DNA from: a virus
Lineage: Duplodnaviria > Caudoviricetes
Virus record (IMG/VR): IMGVR_UViG_3300026493_000002
Length of the DNA: 64,000 nucleotides
Strand: one strand, 5' to 3'
Shown here: positions 44,468 through 54,410 of the stretch, one piece after another
Numbering within the stretch: the first letter of the stretch is position 1
How the letters are laid out: every line of letters starts with the position of its first letter
Translations under genes and position numbers: made by a program
The notes under the pieces: model-generated
Seen by the model: the letters and a program-made list of their open reading frames with translations, nothing else
What the model was told of the DNA's origin: nothing
Databases searched by the model: none

Positions 44468-44812
44468 ATGGCAAAGTGGATCGAGTACGACGCCGAAGAT
44501 CAGGCTGGCTATCAGGAGTGGTTGAAGCAGGCACCGCCCGATGTTCGCGCTCGGATCGAGGAACTCGGGTTGCATCCCGACGTGCTGTTCCGCATGAAGT
44601 CCACTGACCAGCGTGTGTTCGTCAGTGGCTTCGCAGCAGACGGCAAGGTCACCGTCGTCATCCTGCATCGCTACAACACGCACCTGAAAGATCGTCCGCC
44701 GCTCGACTTCAAGGTGTTCGGCGTTGATCCTCACGATCTTGTCGAGTGTGACCTGCCTGACGGTATCGAAATCATCCGGCGCGAGCCGCGTCCGCAACCC
44801 AGGGTTCACTAG
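44468..44812 (+). CDS. hypothetical protein
   Basis: ATG 44468, GAGGT RBS. Confidence 0.75.
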   Translation: MAKWIEYDAEDQAGYQEWLKQAPPDVRARIEELGLHPDVLFRMKSTDQRVFVSGFAADGKVTVVILHRYNTHLKDRPPLDFKVFGVDPHDLVECDLPDGIEIIRREPRPQPRVH

Positions 44813-44820
44813 GAGCAACC

Positions 44821-45066
44821 GTGGCAAAGGAGTACATGACGTACTGGAAATACTGGCGCAAGAGTGGTTGGGCGGCACGCCATCTGTTCGCGCTACCTGC
44901 ACTGTTCATCGGACTGGTTAGTCTGTACGGCGGAGAGCCCAAGTACAGCTACACCATTTCCATTCTCAGCCAACTGCTGGTTCAGGTGTTCATCCATGGA
45001 GCTGTCCTGTTGCTCGCGCGTTTCGAGTGGAAAGTTGAATACGGAGACCATCACAAAGCTATGTGA
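44821..45066 (+). CDS. small membrane protein
   Basis: two hydrophobic segments; GGAG RBS. Confidence 0.65.
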   Translation: MAKEYMTYWKYWRKSGWAARHLFALPALFIGLVSLYGGEPKYSYTISILSQLLVQVFIHGAVLLLARFEWKVEYGDHHKAM

Positions 45067-45082
45067 TGATCCATGGACGGTG

Positions 45083-45496
45083 ATGATGCTTAGGGATCAT
45101 GCCGACGACATGGAGAAGATGATGCCGGGGATAACCGAGATATTCAACAGGTATATCCCGAGAGCAATCGGCGTTACGTCAGGTCGCAATCGCGTCGTGT
45201 TCCACATGGGGCACTACGTGGTGAAAATCCCGATGAATTACAACGGCATCGCAGACAACGACTGGGAGGGATCGGTGCGACATAGCCCTGATCCTCGCAT
45301 GGCGAAGTATGCGCGAACCCGAATGGTGTATCACACCGAAATACCCGTGGTCTTTATGGAGTATGTAAAGTACATTGCGTACGGCGAACTCCGTGAGCGC
45401 GGGCCTGTTCCCCACTGGGTTGACGGTATCGACTGTCAGCAAGTCGGGTTTAATAGACGCGGCCAATTGGTCGCATATGATTACGGCATAAGGTAA
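45083..45496 (+). CDS. minimal protein-kinase-like fold protein
   Basis: SGRNRVVF, VVKIP, NDWE, FMEYV, QVG...LVAYDYG. Confidence 0.5.
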   Translation: MMLRDHADDMEKMMPGITEIFNRYIPRAIGVTSGRNRVVFHMGHYVVKIPMNYNGIADNDWEGSVRHSPDPRMAKYARTRMVYHTEIPVVFMEYVKYIAYGELRERGPVPHWVDGIDCQQVGFNRRGQLVAYDYGIR

Positions 45497-45756
45497 TGAC
45501 AAACAACAACGAAATGATCCAGCCTGCACCGAACCCCAACATCCCCGGCATCGCAGCCACTGGCCTGACGCGCAATCAGGTTGACGTGCTGACCATCGGG
45601 CGAGCTACCAACCCCGCTGCAGGCAACACGGGCGTTCGTGTCCAGCGCGGTGTGATGACCGACATGCTCTGGAACTATCTCGATCCGAATCCGGAAGAGA
45701 CGACGCTCGCAGTCATCAACCTGCAGGCTCGTATGCGAAAGGCGAGCAAGCCGTGA
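45496..45756 (+). CDS. hypothetical protein
   Basis: TAATG coupling. Confidence 0.7.
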   Translation: MTNNNEMIQPAPNPNIPGIAATGLTRNQVDVLTIGRATNPAAGNTGVRVQRGVMTDMLWNYLDPNPEETTLAVINLQARMRKASKP

Positions 45757-45974
45757 GCCGTATGACTGAGCGTATGGCGGCTCGCGCCAAGGAAATCACG
45801 GATCAGACGGTGGCGAGTCTCGGACTTGATCCTGCCGAAGTCCACGCAGCCGCAGCCTCGATTCCAGTCGGTGAGCAGCGTGTCTTCTCTCCGACCGAAC
45901 TCAAGACCAGCCGTGAGCGCCACATGCAGGCTCTCGCCCCGTTCGTTCCCATGCACATGTTCGACGCACTCTAA
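45753..45974 (+). CDS. hypothetical protein
   Basis: GTGA overlap. Confidence 0.65.
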   Translation: MSRMTERMAARAKEITDQTVASLGLDPAEVHAAAASIPVGEQRVFSPTELKTSRERHMQALAPFVPMHMFDAL

Positions 45975-45987
45975 GGACTAGACCACA

Positions 45988-46539
45988 ATGACTGACAAGA
46001 CCTTCTCCGATATTGTCAACGCGCGCGGCACTCACCTCATCAAGATCGAGGGCAGCTGGTTCTGCATCGAAAACACGAACCTCAGCATGGCGTTGAAGTA
46101 CGGGTTGCAATCGGCCGGCTCGTTGATCGACGGCGAATACTTCATCGCCAAGCTCGGCCCGATGACCAACACCGAGGAGTTGGGCGAAGCGCTGGAAGCC
46201 TATCGCGCTGGGCGCATCCCCGAAATCAAGCGCCTCAGGGGACTGGCCATGACCGACGTGGTCTACGCCAACGCCAACATGCTGCACGTCGTCAGTTGCT
46301 CCATGCTGGAAGTCAGTTCGATTGAGGACGTGTACGCGCTGCAGGAGAAGCAGTTCGGCAAGCCGACCGATCCCACCGTGATCGCTGCCCGTGACGCTGC
46401 CACGAAGGCGAGGAAGAACCTGGAAGAGGCGCTGGCCGAGAATCAGAATGCAATGACCGCACGCTCTGCTGCCGGTTACGCATCGGGTTTGAAGCTGAGG
46501 AACACCCCGACCGCGCCGCAAGAATCGCACGAACTCTGA
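45988..46539 (+). CDS. hypothetical protein
   Basis: AAGGA RBS. Confidence 0.75.
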   Translation: MTDKTFSDIVNARGTHLIKIEGSWFCIENTNLSMALKYGLQSAGSLIDGEYFIAKLGPMTNTEELGEALEAYRAGRIPEIKRLRGLAMTDVVYANANMLHVVSCSMLEVSSIEDVYALQEKQFGKPTDPTVIAARDAATKARKNLEEALAENQNAMTARSAAGYASGLKLRNTPTAPQESHEL

Positions 46540-46574
46540 TCCACCACAACTAAAACTACAACGAAGGAAGTCCC

Positions 46575-46994
46575 ATGTACCGTAACCTCATGATCGCTGC
46601 TCTCCTGATGGCAGCAACCAACGTCGCCAGCGCACGTCTCCTGAACGGCGATGACCTGGAGTACTGCGGAAACACCGCAGGTCTGGCCGAAGTCGCAATG
46701 AAGCATCGCCAGTATGTGGATGATCTGGCGCAGGCCAACAAGACCAATCAGGAGTCGAACGACGGCTCGCCCTCTGGGCAGATGGTGACCGAAGTGTTGA
46801 CGGCGTTGCTTGCCGATGCCTACATGCGACCGATCGTGTTCGGTGAGCAGAAGAAGGCGGAGGCAGTCGCCAAGTTCCGTAGTGACGTGCAGCGCCAGTG
46901 TTTGGAAACACAGCAGCAGCAGCCGGACTACGAGGCACAGCGAACGCCGCCGCGCCCGCCGCAACTCCCCGTGAACAAATCCAAGTCCAAGTAA
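46575..46994 (+). CDS. putative exported protein
   Basis: signal peptide MYRNLMIAALLMAATNVASA; two Cys. Confidence 0.75.
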   Translation: MYRNLMIAALLMAATNVASARLLNGDDLEYCGNTAGLAEVAMKHRQYVDDLAQANKTNQESNDGSPSGQMVTEVLTALLADAYMRPIVFGEQKKAEAVAKFRSDVQRQCLETQQQQPDYEAQRTPPRPPQLPVNKSKSK

Positions 46995-47007
46995 GGAGCA
47001 GCGCATC

Positions 47008-47625
47008 ATGAAGGTCACTATCGCAAAGGGCGAGTCCCTGATCGTCAACCTCGAAGGCACTGACGGCGAATTCATCATCACCTACGGCCAGTCGGTGCTG
47101 AGTGTCACCGCCGATCTGCCTGACACCGACGGCCGTGAGGGTGTCATCTACAGCGAACGCTTCGGCGCTGACGACGATGACGACGAGGATACGGTCGACA
47201 ACGTGCGCCCTCCGAAGCGTCCCGTTCCAACCGACGAAGAAGTCGTGATCGGTCGCTTCCCGAAACTCCCGAGGGCGGCGCCCCGCAAGAGAGCGTCGGC
47301 CAACTCGTACTTGCCGAAGAACACCAAGGTCGCTCTTCCGAGCGGCTACTACTCCAAGATGGCCTTCGCTAGCCGTCGAATGTTCCTCGAAAATCTCGCG
47401 CTGGTTGAAGCTAGCCCGCTTACCCGTCAGATCCCCGCCGAGCTAGTTGACCACTGCAATAACTGCGATGACGAAGAGTCGGTCACTCTGGACACGAACG
47501 GTGATAGTTTCCGTACCGACAACGACGTTCAGTGGCCCAAGGCGCTGCGTCACCACGTCGAGAAGCACGGCTGGCGTCCGCCTCGCTGGTTCATCAACTA
47601 CATTGCCAACAAGGCGGTGAACTGA
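47008..47625 (+). CDS. hypothetical protein with C-terminal WPxxLxHxVxxH module
   Basis: CNNC...WPKALRHHVEKHGWRPPRWFINYI. Confidence 0.75.
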   Translation: MKVTIAKGESLIVNLEGTDGEFIITYGQSVLSVTADLPDTDGREGVIYSERFGADDDDDEDTVDNVRPPKRPVPTDEEVVIGRFPKLPRAAPRKRASANSYLPKNTKVALPSGYYSKMAFASRRMFLENLALVEASPLTRQIPAELVDHCNNCDDEESVTLDTNGDSFRTDNDVQWPKALRHHVEKHGWRPPRWFINYIANKAVN

Positions 47626-47939
47626 TGGCCGGCAAGAGCAACCCGAAGCGCGAAGGCTTCTTCACCGAGAGAGTGAAGCCGACCGTTGATCCCGACTGGG
47701 ATGGCCGTGACAAGTTCCTGCGCGCGTTGAACAACGTCGAGCGCGAACTCAAGCGTCACATGTGGCGAGGCATTGAGCGGTGCCAGTTGTGCCCCGTGTC
47801 CAAAAGCATCGCCGAGTATGCACTCGATGATTGGGAATGGTCCGGCTTCTACAACCACTACATCGACGCGCATGACGTGCGGCCCTCGCCGGAGTTCATC
47901 GCCTTCATCGAAAAGGAATACGCAAAGTACCATGGCTAA
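47625..47939 (+). CDS. paralog of upstream C-terminal module
   Basis: CQLC...WSGFYNHYIDAHDVRPSPEFIAFI; TGATG coupling. Confidence 0.75.
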   Translation: MAGKSNPKREGFFTERVKPTVDPDWDGRDKFLRALNNVERELKRHMWRGIERCQLCPVSKSIAEYALDDWEWSGFYNHYIDAHDVRPSPEFIAFIEKEYAKYHG

Positions 47940-48435
47940 GACCCGTGACACTCGACACCTCCGGGCCGGCACTCGGCCCGCACACCTGACTCCGAAGCAG
48001 GAGGTCGTGGAGGACAAGCTGATTATGATTCTCCAGCTGCAGGAGCAGTTCGAGGCGATCAACATTCCTCTGAAAGCACGACGCGCATCCATGATGCTGG
48101 TGTACGATGACCACTATCCCAAGGTGTTCATCAAGACTGCGAACAGCGAACCCGAAGTAATCGCAATCATGGACACGCGTAACAAGCGGGTCAGCATGGT
48201 GAAGCCCGCGAACGAGGACAACCGCATCTGTGCCGACCACATCATCGAACGGCTCAAGAAGTTGGACTGCTCCTTGCTCATGTCCTACGACGTAGACCCG
48301 AAGACCCAGCGCAAGCGCGTCAAGCTCCAGCTGGGTAGTCAGTTCGCACGCACCGTACGCCACACGTTGTGGTGGTGCTGGAAGGGCGAGACGAGTCCGT
48401 GGCTTGAAGGCTTCACCGTACCCGAACACCTCTGA
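47932..48435 (+). CDS. hypothetical protein
   Basis: ATG 47932. Confidence 0.7.
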   Translation: MAKTRDTRHLRAGTRPAHLTPKQEVVEDKLIMILQLQEQFEAINIPLKARRASMMLVYDDHYPKVFIKTANSEPEVIAIMDTRNKRVSMVKPANEDNRICADHIIERLKKLDCSLLMSYDVDPKTQRKRVKLQLGSQFARTVRHTLWWCWKGETSPWLEGFTVPEHL

Positions 48436-48489
48436 TCCGCATTCCGTATTCGACACACGACACCTATCAAACTACAAGGTATATCTCAG

Positions 48490-49524
48490 ATGACTTCTCA
48501 GCTTCCGTTCAAGGCTGTCACGCGCGACAACAACCCGTTCTACATCGAGCGTCAGGTCGTCAACTCGCTTCCGTCGGGTATGACCGTTTCGGACCTGGCG
48601 CCCTTCACGTTCATCGCGTGCCAGGCCATGTCGATGCGCGAGCCGTTCGATGCCATGGTGATTAGCGCAGACCCGCGCTCCCGCATCGTGAGCGTTCTCG
48701 ACCGCATGGGCCGTCAGCGCAAGCTGCGTTTCGATCAGGTTCTGGCCGTCACCAAGACCAGCGAGAAGTTCGAGGACGGCTATGCCGAAATCTTCCCGCT
48801 TGAAACCGAGTACGTGCGTAGCTGCTCGCCGAACACCCTGCTGGACCAGTTGAATGATCGCCAATACCCACGCGTCCTCGTGTTCAGCAACGACGCATGG
48901 CTGCTGATCCCCGTCAGCCCCAACGGTTCTTCCAGTGTCGTTCCGACGGAAGCTGCCAACATCGTCGTCCAGAACGAACTGATGTTCGAGGCGCCGGTGA
49001 CCGTGCAGGGCCGCGACTACGAACACGGGTACGTCTCGCTGGGGAACAGCAGTGCTGGTGAGGCCCTCAACTGGAGCGCACGCGCGCTGGCCCAGTTCCT
49101 GGAGACGCGACCGGAGTCGATGCTGGACCTCTCCTACGAGTACAGCGAAGCCACTGTGTACCTCGACCTGATGGAGCAGTTCAGCATCGAGGTCAACTGG
49201 CCGGTCGATCTGGAAACCGCCGAAGCCGTGGCCCGCTACACCAACTTCGTTCGCACCGATATCAAGAAGGAGAACATGGCTCCGCGTCAGGTCATCGTGC
49301 CGCACGGCCATCCGATTCTGGAATACGCCGTGACGTTCGAGAAGCGCAGCGTTCCGAAGCCTGGGAAGAAGGGACCGGCCGTTCGCAAGTCTATCGCCAA
49401 GAAGGTTGCTCGCAAGGGCGTGCCGCGTGACGTGCAGCGCGAAGTCGGCGCCAGCTTCTCCAAGCCCAAGCCCGCAGTGAAGCGTACCGTGAAGAAGGCT
49501 GCCAAGAAGGCGGTCAAGTCGTGA
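48490..49524 (+). CDS. hypothetical protein with Lys-rich tail
   Basis: 344 aa; AAGG RBS. Confidence 0.8.
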   Translation: MTSQLPFKAVTRDNNPFYIERQVVNSLPSGMTVSDLAPFTFIACQAMSMREPFDAMVISADPRSRIVSVLDRMGRQRKLRFDQVLAVTKTSEKFEDGYAEIFPLETEYVRSCSPNTLLDQLNDRQYPRVLVFSNDAWLLIPVSPNGSSSVVPTEAANIVVQNELMFEAPVTVQGRDYEHGYVSLGNSSAGEALNWSARALAQFLETRPESMLDLSYEYSEATVYLDLMEQFSIEVNWPVDLETAEAVARYTNFVRTDIKKENMAPRQVIVPHGHPILEYAVTFEKRSVPKPGKKGPAVRKSIAKKVARKGVPRDVQREVGASFSKPKPAVKRTVKKAAKKAVKS

Positions 49525-49913
49525 TCCGGGTCGGCAGCCATGTGATCGACAAGGCTGGACGTGTGGTCGTGTGCCGTGAAGCGACCGCCAGCCTCGACGA
49601 CCATAGGACGGTGATGGCCCGCACGTCGAACAACCTGATCGGCACTGATCCCGTCATGGACTTCCGCTTTATCAACGGCCAACGTGTGCAATCGCTCACG
49701 TTGAGTGCCGAAGCGGCCAAGACGTTGATGCTCCTGTTGATGGGCGCGTTCAACACCGTTGTCGATGGGGACGATGTTCACACCAACCTCGAGGCGTTCT
49801 CCATCGAGGGCATGCCCTTCCCGTTCACCTACGAACAGTACCAAGACTACATGGCGAAGAGACATGCCGAAGAAGAACAAGCAGAAGAACATCCGTCGCA
49901 GGAAGATCGCTGA
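49521..49913 (+). CDS. hypothetical protein
   Basis: GTGA overlap. Confidence 0.7.
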   Translation: MIRVGSHVIDKAGRVVVCREATASLDDHRTVMARTSNNLIGTDPVMDFRFINGQRVQSLTLSAEAAKTLMLLLMGAFNTVVDGDDVHTNLEAFSIEGMPFPFTYEQYQDYMAKRHAEEEQAEEHPSQEDR

Positions 49914-50547
49914 GGCAGCACGGTCGACGCCCGCCATGTTCCACAATCCGGAAATGATCCACGTCATCGAGGATTCCATGCGCAAGAGCTTCCTCGACCC
50001 GATGCCGAAATGCAGCCCGAACCTGATCCTGCTAGGGGATAAGGACCCGTCTATCCATCTTGACGTGCTGCACTCCAGCCGTCTGGACGTTCTCGGTGAC
50101 CTGCACGTTGGCTTGATGACCGAAAGCCCGAAGTGCAGCCCGTTCGCCGACAAATCAATTCGAGAGCTAATCCAAAACATGTTCAATCCTCAGAGCAAGA
50201 TCAACCCGAAGGTCTACGTCACCGACAAGGACTGCGATATCCTCAAGGTCGATGGTTACGTCCACGTCATCAGCGGTGATCCCACCATGGACTTTGGCAT
50301 GATCCTGGAGTCGGTGACTGGCGACAACTACGACGACACGGGCAACCGCGACAAGCTCCTCAAGTACGGCATCACGTTCGCGCACGGCCGCCGCCTGATC
50401 GACCTCGAAGACGCCAACGTTCTCGGCATCTTCGCGCAGTACCTGATCGACAACGGCGTCAGCTACGTCCACTTCGAGTGGGATGCGCGCGACATTGACC
50501 TAGGCCGTGTCGCACTGATGGCCGGCGAGTACCAGGAGCGCATGTGA
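49864..50547 (+). CDS. hypothetical protein
   Basis: probable ATG 49864, overlapping upstream gene. Confidence 0.65.
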   Translation: MPKKNKQKNIRRRKIAEAARSTPAMFHNPEMIHVIEDSMRKSFLDPMPKCSPNLILLGDKDPSIHLDVLHSSRLDVLGDLHVGLMTESPKCSPFADKSIRELIQNMFNPQSKINPKVYVTDKDCDILKVDGYVHVISGDPTMDFGMILESVTGDNYDDTGNRDKLLKYGITFAHGRRLIDLEDANVLGIFAQYLIDNGVSYVHFEWDARDIDLGRVALMAGEYQERM

Positions 50548-50933
50548 ACATCGTGCTGGTAGTAGGCGCACGGAACTTCGATGACTGCGCTCGCGTGCAT
50601 CGGGTTCTCGACAAGGCCCACGCCAAGAAGCCGATCACTCACGTCGTCCACGAGGGCTACAGCGCAGGTGCATTCGCATCTGCCTGGTCGCGGGTTAACG
50701 ACGGCGTGATCGAAGTGGCGATGCCCGCACTGTTGCATCGCCGCATCAAGCGCAAGATGGAACACAAGGCGAAAGCCATCTTCGACCTACTAAAGGTCAG
50801 GACCGTGCTGACGTTCAATGTGGATCCCGAGTGCTACTTCCTCCTCAAGGAGGCCGAGGCCCGCGGCGTGACCATTCGTCCGTTCAAGCCCAAGGACGAA
50901 CCCGTAAAGGAACGCAAATCGAGGAAGCGATGA
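50544..50933 (+). CDS. second SLOG/DUF2493-like protein, degenerate
   Basis: VLVVGARNFDDCARVHRVLD...ITHVVHEG; Gly-rich motifs eroded. Confidence 0.65.
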   Translation: MNIVLVVGARNFDDCARVHRVLDKAHAKKPITHVVHEGYSAGAFASAWSRVNDGVIEVAMPALLHRRIKRKMEHKAKAIFDLLKVRTVLTFNVDPECYFLLKEAEARGVTIRPFKPKDEPVKERKSRKR

Positions 50934-52204
50934 ACTTCAACATCTACAACGAGAAGCGCATCGACGATTGGATAGATGCGATGATCGGCGGACAGTTGGT
51001 GACGTGCTATGTGGATACGTGGTTCTATACCATCTTCCGACGTTGGGCACGAAAGCAACCCAGCATGTTGCGACTCGCACTGCCGAACAAGCTGCTCGAC
51101 TCTCCGCTGCTGCACGACCTGTACAGGAAGCGTCTGGACGGCGGGTTGGTGCCTGATGAAAGTTCGGTTCTCTCCGAGTCTCGATTCGACCTCATTCCTA
51201 CTCCTACTGAGGACTGGGCAATGAAGGCGATGTTGAACGGCGAACTGTACACGTTCCGTCCGTCGATTCAGGTCACACGCCTGATTCCACACTGGCTCGA
51301 CTTCATGCGTACACTGCCCGATCGTCCAATACGACACACGGTAGAGAGCCTGATGAAGGCTGTGGACCGCTGGGATGAACAAGCTCTGCGTCGCAAAACG
51401 GTCATCGACTCCACGACAGGCGTCACCGAAGTGTGGTCGTCCGGTGAGCATTACGTGGTGAGGCTTGACGCGCAGGATTCGGTGAGGGCAGAAGGCGCAC
51501 TGATGGGCCATTGTGTTTGGTCGCAGCGTTACGACCTGCGCCGAGGTTCAACCCTGTTCTCTCTGCGTCGTCGCAATGTTGATCGACCTCTCGCCACGAT
51601 GGAAGTGACCGAGCCCGTGTCAAAGTTGCGACTGGCCGATCTTGCGGGTCTGATCGGTGAGCCGTTCCAAAGTAGGCTCACTGCCATGAGTGGCTCCCAC
51701 AGCAGCATTGCGCAGCTACTGGTAGATAGAGCTATGGAGCAGTGGGAGACGAACGCTGGGGGCCAGGTCGTCGGCAATTTCACTGTGCCTCTGCCGAAAG
51801 AACACATGCCGCTGGGTAAGCCGATCCTCGCTCAGATTTGCACGGTACGGAATCGCGCGCTTAGTGAGGAGATAGTCCGCTCGGTGCACGCATGGTTCAG
51901 CGAGAAGTACCCAACGTGCAGTCTCAGCCCGCAAGCTATCGTTGAGGTCGTCGCTGCTGCCGCTGAGTTAGTACCTGACGGAGTCAACCCAAACAATCGC
52001 CCAGGCCCGTTGCGAGACCTCCTCGGTATAGCACTGCCTGACGTCTGGGAGCCGGTGCGTGAGATTGGTGAAGATGACGTCCAGCGTCGAATGATGCACG
52101 CACTCGGTATCCCTCAGGATATGCTCACCGGTCGTCCAGACTGCGCAGGCTACACCGTAGAGTTCAACGCCGATCGTTTCCCACAACAACCAAACAACAA
52201 CTAA
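50930..52204 (+). CDS. PcfJ-like domain protein
   Basis: AEGALMGHCV...LFSLR; shares TExWAxxAML and HWxDFMRTLP with 37846. Confidence 0.7.
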   Translation: MNFNIYNEKRIDDWIDAMIGGQLVTCYVDTWFYTIFRRWARKQPSMLRLALPNKLLDSPLLHDLYRKRLDGGLVPDESSVLSESRFDLIPTPTEDWAMKAMLNGELYTFRPSIQVTRLIPHWLDFMRTLPDRPIRHTVESLMKAVDRWDEQALRRKTVIDSTTGVTEVWSSGEHYVVRLDAQDSVRAEGALMGHCVWSQRYDLRRGSTLFSLRRRNVDRPLATMEVTEPVSKLRLADLAGLIGEPFQSRLTAMSGSHSSIAQLLVDRAMEQWETNAGGQVVGNFTVPLPKEHMPLGKPILAQICTVRNRALSEEIVRSVHAWFSEKYPTCSLSPQAIVEVVAAAAELVPDGVNPNNRPGPLRDLLGIALPDVWEPVREIGEDDVQRRMMHALGIPQDMLTGRPDCAGYTVEFNADRFPQQPNNN

Positions 52205-52216
52205 GTGGAGTTTCCC

Positions 52217-52801
52217 ATGAATCACAACATGACCCTGCTGTCCGGCGCAATGCCCGTTACCGTCGAACTGGAATCGCTGCACAAGCTCAACCTTGTGCTG
52301 CTCCTGAAATTGATCGACCATATCGGCGAGGCTGCACGGCGCCACCAGCTGGAACTGGGCCTCAACTCGCGCGTGACCATCGAGCAGAAGACCGAGACCT
52401 TCGAGGTCAAGATCAAGCCGCTGGACCACATGCCGCAGACCTACGTGTTCGAGTTCGGATACGACCGCGACAAGCTGTCGGTCACGTATGTTCCTCCGCA
52501 GAAGAAGGTCGCTCCGTACCTGATCTTCGCTCTCTTCGGCAAGGCGTGGTATGCGTCCACGCTCGGCGAGGGTTCGGCACTCGGCCACAAGCTGCGCGAG
52601 TATTCCGACCTCATGATCCGTATGCAATTCGACGGCAGCTACTGCATCATCAAGGACAAGGGACAGCCTGATTTCCGTGTCACCGATGTGGTCAGCGCGT
52701 ATATCGCCGGCGATCTTCCCGAAATGCCCGAGTTCGATTCGCGCATTACTTCCAGTGATTTGCTTGAGCGTCTTCGCAATCACTCCGCAGTGACCGCCTA
52801 A
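52217..52801 (+). CDS. hypothetical protein
   Basis: GGAG RBS before ATG 52217. Confidence 0.75.
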   Translation: MNHNMTLLSGAMPVTVELESLHKLNLVLLLKLIDHIGEAARRHQLELGLNSRVTIEQKTETFEVKIKPLDHMPQTYVFEFGYDRDKLSVTYVPPQKKVAPYLIFALFGKAWYASTLGEGSALGHKLREYSDLMIRMQFDGSYCIIKDKGQPDFRVTDVVSAYIAGDLPEMPEFDSRITSSDLLERLRNHSAVTA

Positions 52802-52806
52802 CAAGT

Positions 52807-52813
52807 CTGTAAA
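52807..52813 (+). promoter_or_regulatory. CTGTAAA motif
   Basis: intergenic, after stop codon. Confidence 0.5.
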
Positions 52814-52847
52814 GATTCGTTAGACACCTCAGTGAAGTGAGCAACCT

Positions 52848-53657
52848 GTGACCAAGCCTTTTAATGCCGGCGACGTGGTTAATCTCAATGGCGCTTCTGT
52901 CAAAATCACCGATGTGACCTGTGATGGAGACGAAGCGACGCTGCATATGGACATTGAGGCAGCACGTCCCGTCTCCGCAATCACCGTTTATACCGTAGTC
53001 AATCGCAAGGGATCCACTATGAACCAGTCTGTGAATGAAGATCAGGATATCGCGGATATCATGCGCGCGTCCGATGCCCAAGCCGCTGTCGAGGCGGGCG
53101 CTACCGAACCATCCGGCGTGCTGTACGCGGCACGCAATCTGCTGACGGGCTACGAATACCCGTCCGAGCAGATCGACGAATTCGGTGGCATTCCGCTGGA
53201 TACCAGCTACGACTACGTGGCCGATCAGTTCCTGTACGGCCTCGTCAACTACGGCAAGAACCATCGCGTCTACCTGATGTGCCGTTACGGCCTGAACAAC
53301 GAACACCAGACCGGCGTCGCTGACGACGACTACGTTCCGACCGAAGAAGAGTACAAGAAGTTCATCGACAACAAGATCATGACCCGCAACAACAGGCTGG
53401 ACGGCGACGACTGGCTGGTCATGTACGAAACGGCCAACAGCTTCTTCTCCATGTGGTTCGATCAGGACTCCAGCGACTGCTCGGTCGATCGTTGGAGCAA
53501 GGATCTGTGCGCCCAGCTCGGCATCAACACCATCGACGAGTTCGAGGCCGCTCGCGTTCAGTGGCACAACGCGATGGCCGACTCGTTGCGGAAGCGCGAC
53601 AACTGGCCCAAGATCCTGTTGAAGATGGAAGTGCGCAACCCGTGGTTCGGCCCGTAA
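52848..53657 (+). CDS. hypothetical acidic protein
   Basis: GTG start (alternative ATG 53019). Confidence 0.7.
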   Translation: MTKPFNAGDVVNLNGASVKITDVTCDGDEATLHMDIEAARPVSAITVYTVVNRKGSTMNQSVNEDQDIADIMRASDAQAAVEAGATEPSGVLYAARNLLTGYEYPSEQIDEFGGIPLDTSYDYVADQFLYGLVNYGKNHRVYLMCRYGLNNEHQTGVADDDYVPTEEEYKKFIDNKIMTRNNRLDGDDWLVMYETANSFFSMWFDQDSSDCSVDRWSKDLCAQLGINTIDEFEAARVQWHNAMADSLRKRDNWPKILLKMEVRNPWFGP

Positions 53658-53712
53658 GACCGTAGCACCGAAACACCACCAAGTATATCTCGTACACCAA
53701 AAGGAAATACCG

Positions 53713-54381
53713 ATGACTGTCGAAACCGTTGAACACGCCGTCCAAATGAATCACCGTCGCATGGTTCTGGATCCCAAGCCGAAGCTGTCGCGTGAGGACA
53801 AGATCCTCAGCATGAGCCAGTTGTTCAATAGCTCCGGCCGGCACCCCGGCCACGCCCTCTTCCTGCCGCAGAGTACGCCGCGCACCATGAAGGTCGATAG
53901 CTACAACGACTACGACGTGGTGCTGATCGCCCAGGAGATTGTGTCGGAACATCGCTGGATGTATATCAACGAAGACCGCAGTTTGACGCCGGTGAGCAGA
54001 CGGCACGTGCCGGTATTCCTGTTGAAGTGCTTGCTCCTTCGCTACACGTCGCCGTGGGGTGAACCCATCATCGAGAGCGAGCGCGTCTACGCACCGGAGT
54101 TCAAGCCTCGTGCAGGCACGACAAACTCGCGCAAGACGTCCTATCGAAAACGAGTGCAGAAGAAGTGGAACAAGCGTTTTGGTGGTGAACGCCTTGTCCA
54201 CTCCGCGCAAGAAGTCTACGTTCTCATGGGCTCTATCTACGTGCAGTCGATCGGCCAGATCTTGGATAGCAAGCTGGCCGCAGCCGTCGACAGGCCCGAA
54301 GGTGGAAGGTTCCCGCCTCCGTACAACGCGCCGAGATTTGAGCCGGTAGACTTCAAGCGGCTCCTGTCTCCAATCAAGTAA
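53713..54381 (+). CDS. hypothetical protein
   Basis: AAGGA RBS. Confidence 0.75.
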   Translation: MTVETVEHAVQMNHRRMVLDPKPKLSREDKILSMSQLFNSSGRHPGHALFLPQSTPRTMKVDSYNDYDVVLIAQEIVSEHRWMYINEDRSLTPVSRRHVPVFLLKCLLLRYTSPWGEPIIESERVYAPEFKPRAGTTNSRKTSYRKRVQKKWNKRFGGERLVHSAQEVYVLMGSIYVQSIGQILDSKLAAAVDRPEGGRFPPPYNAPRFEPVDFKRLLSPIK

Positions 54382-54410
54382 CTTCCAGTCAACAACAAAC
54401 GACAACGACA

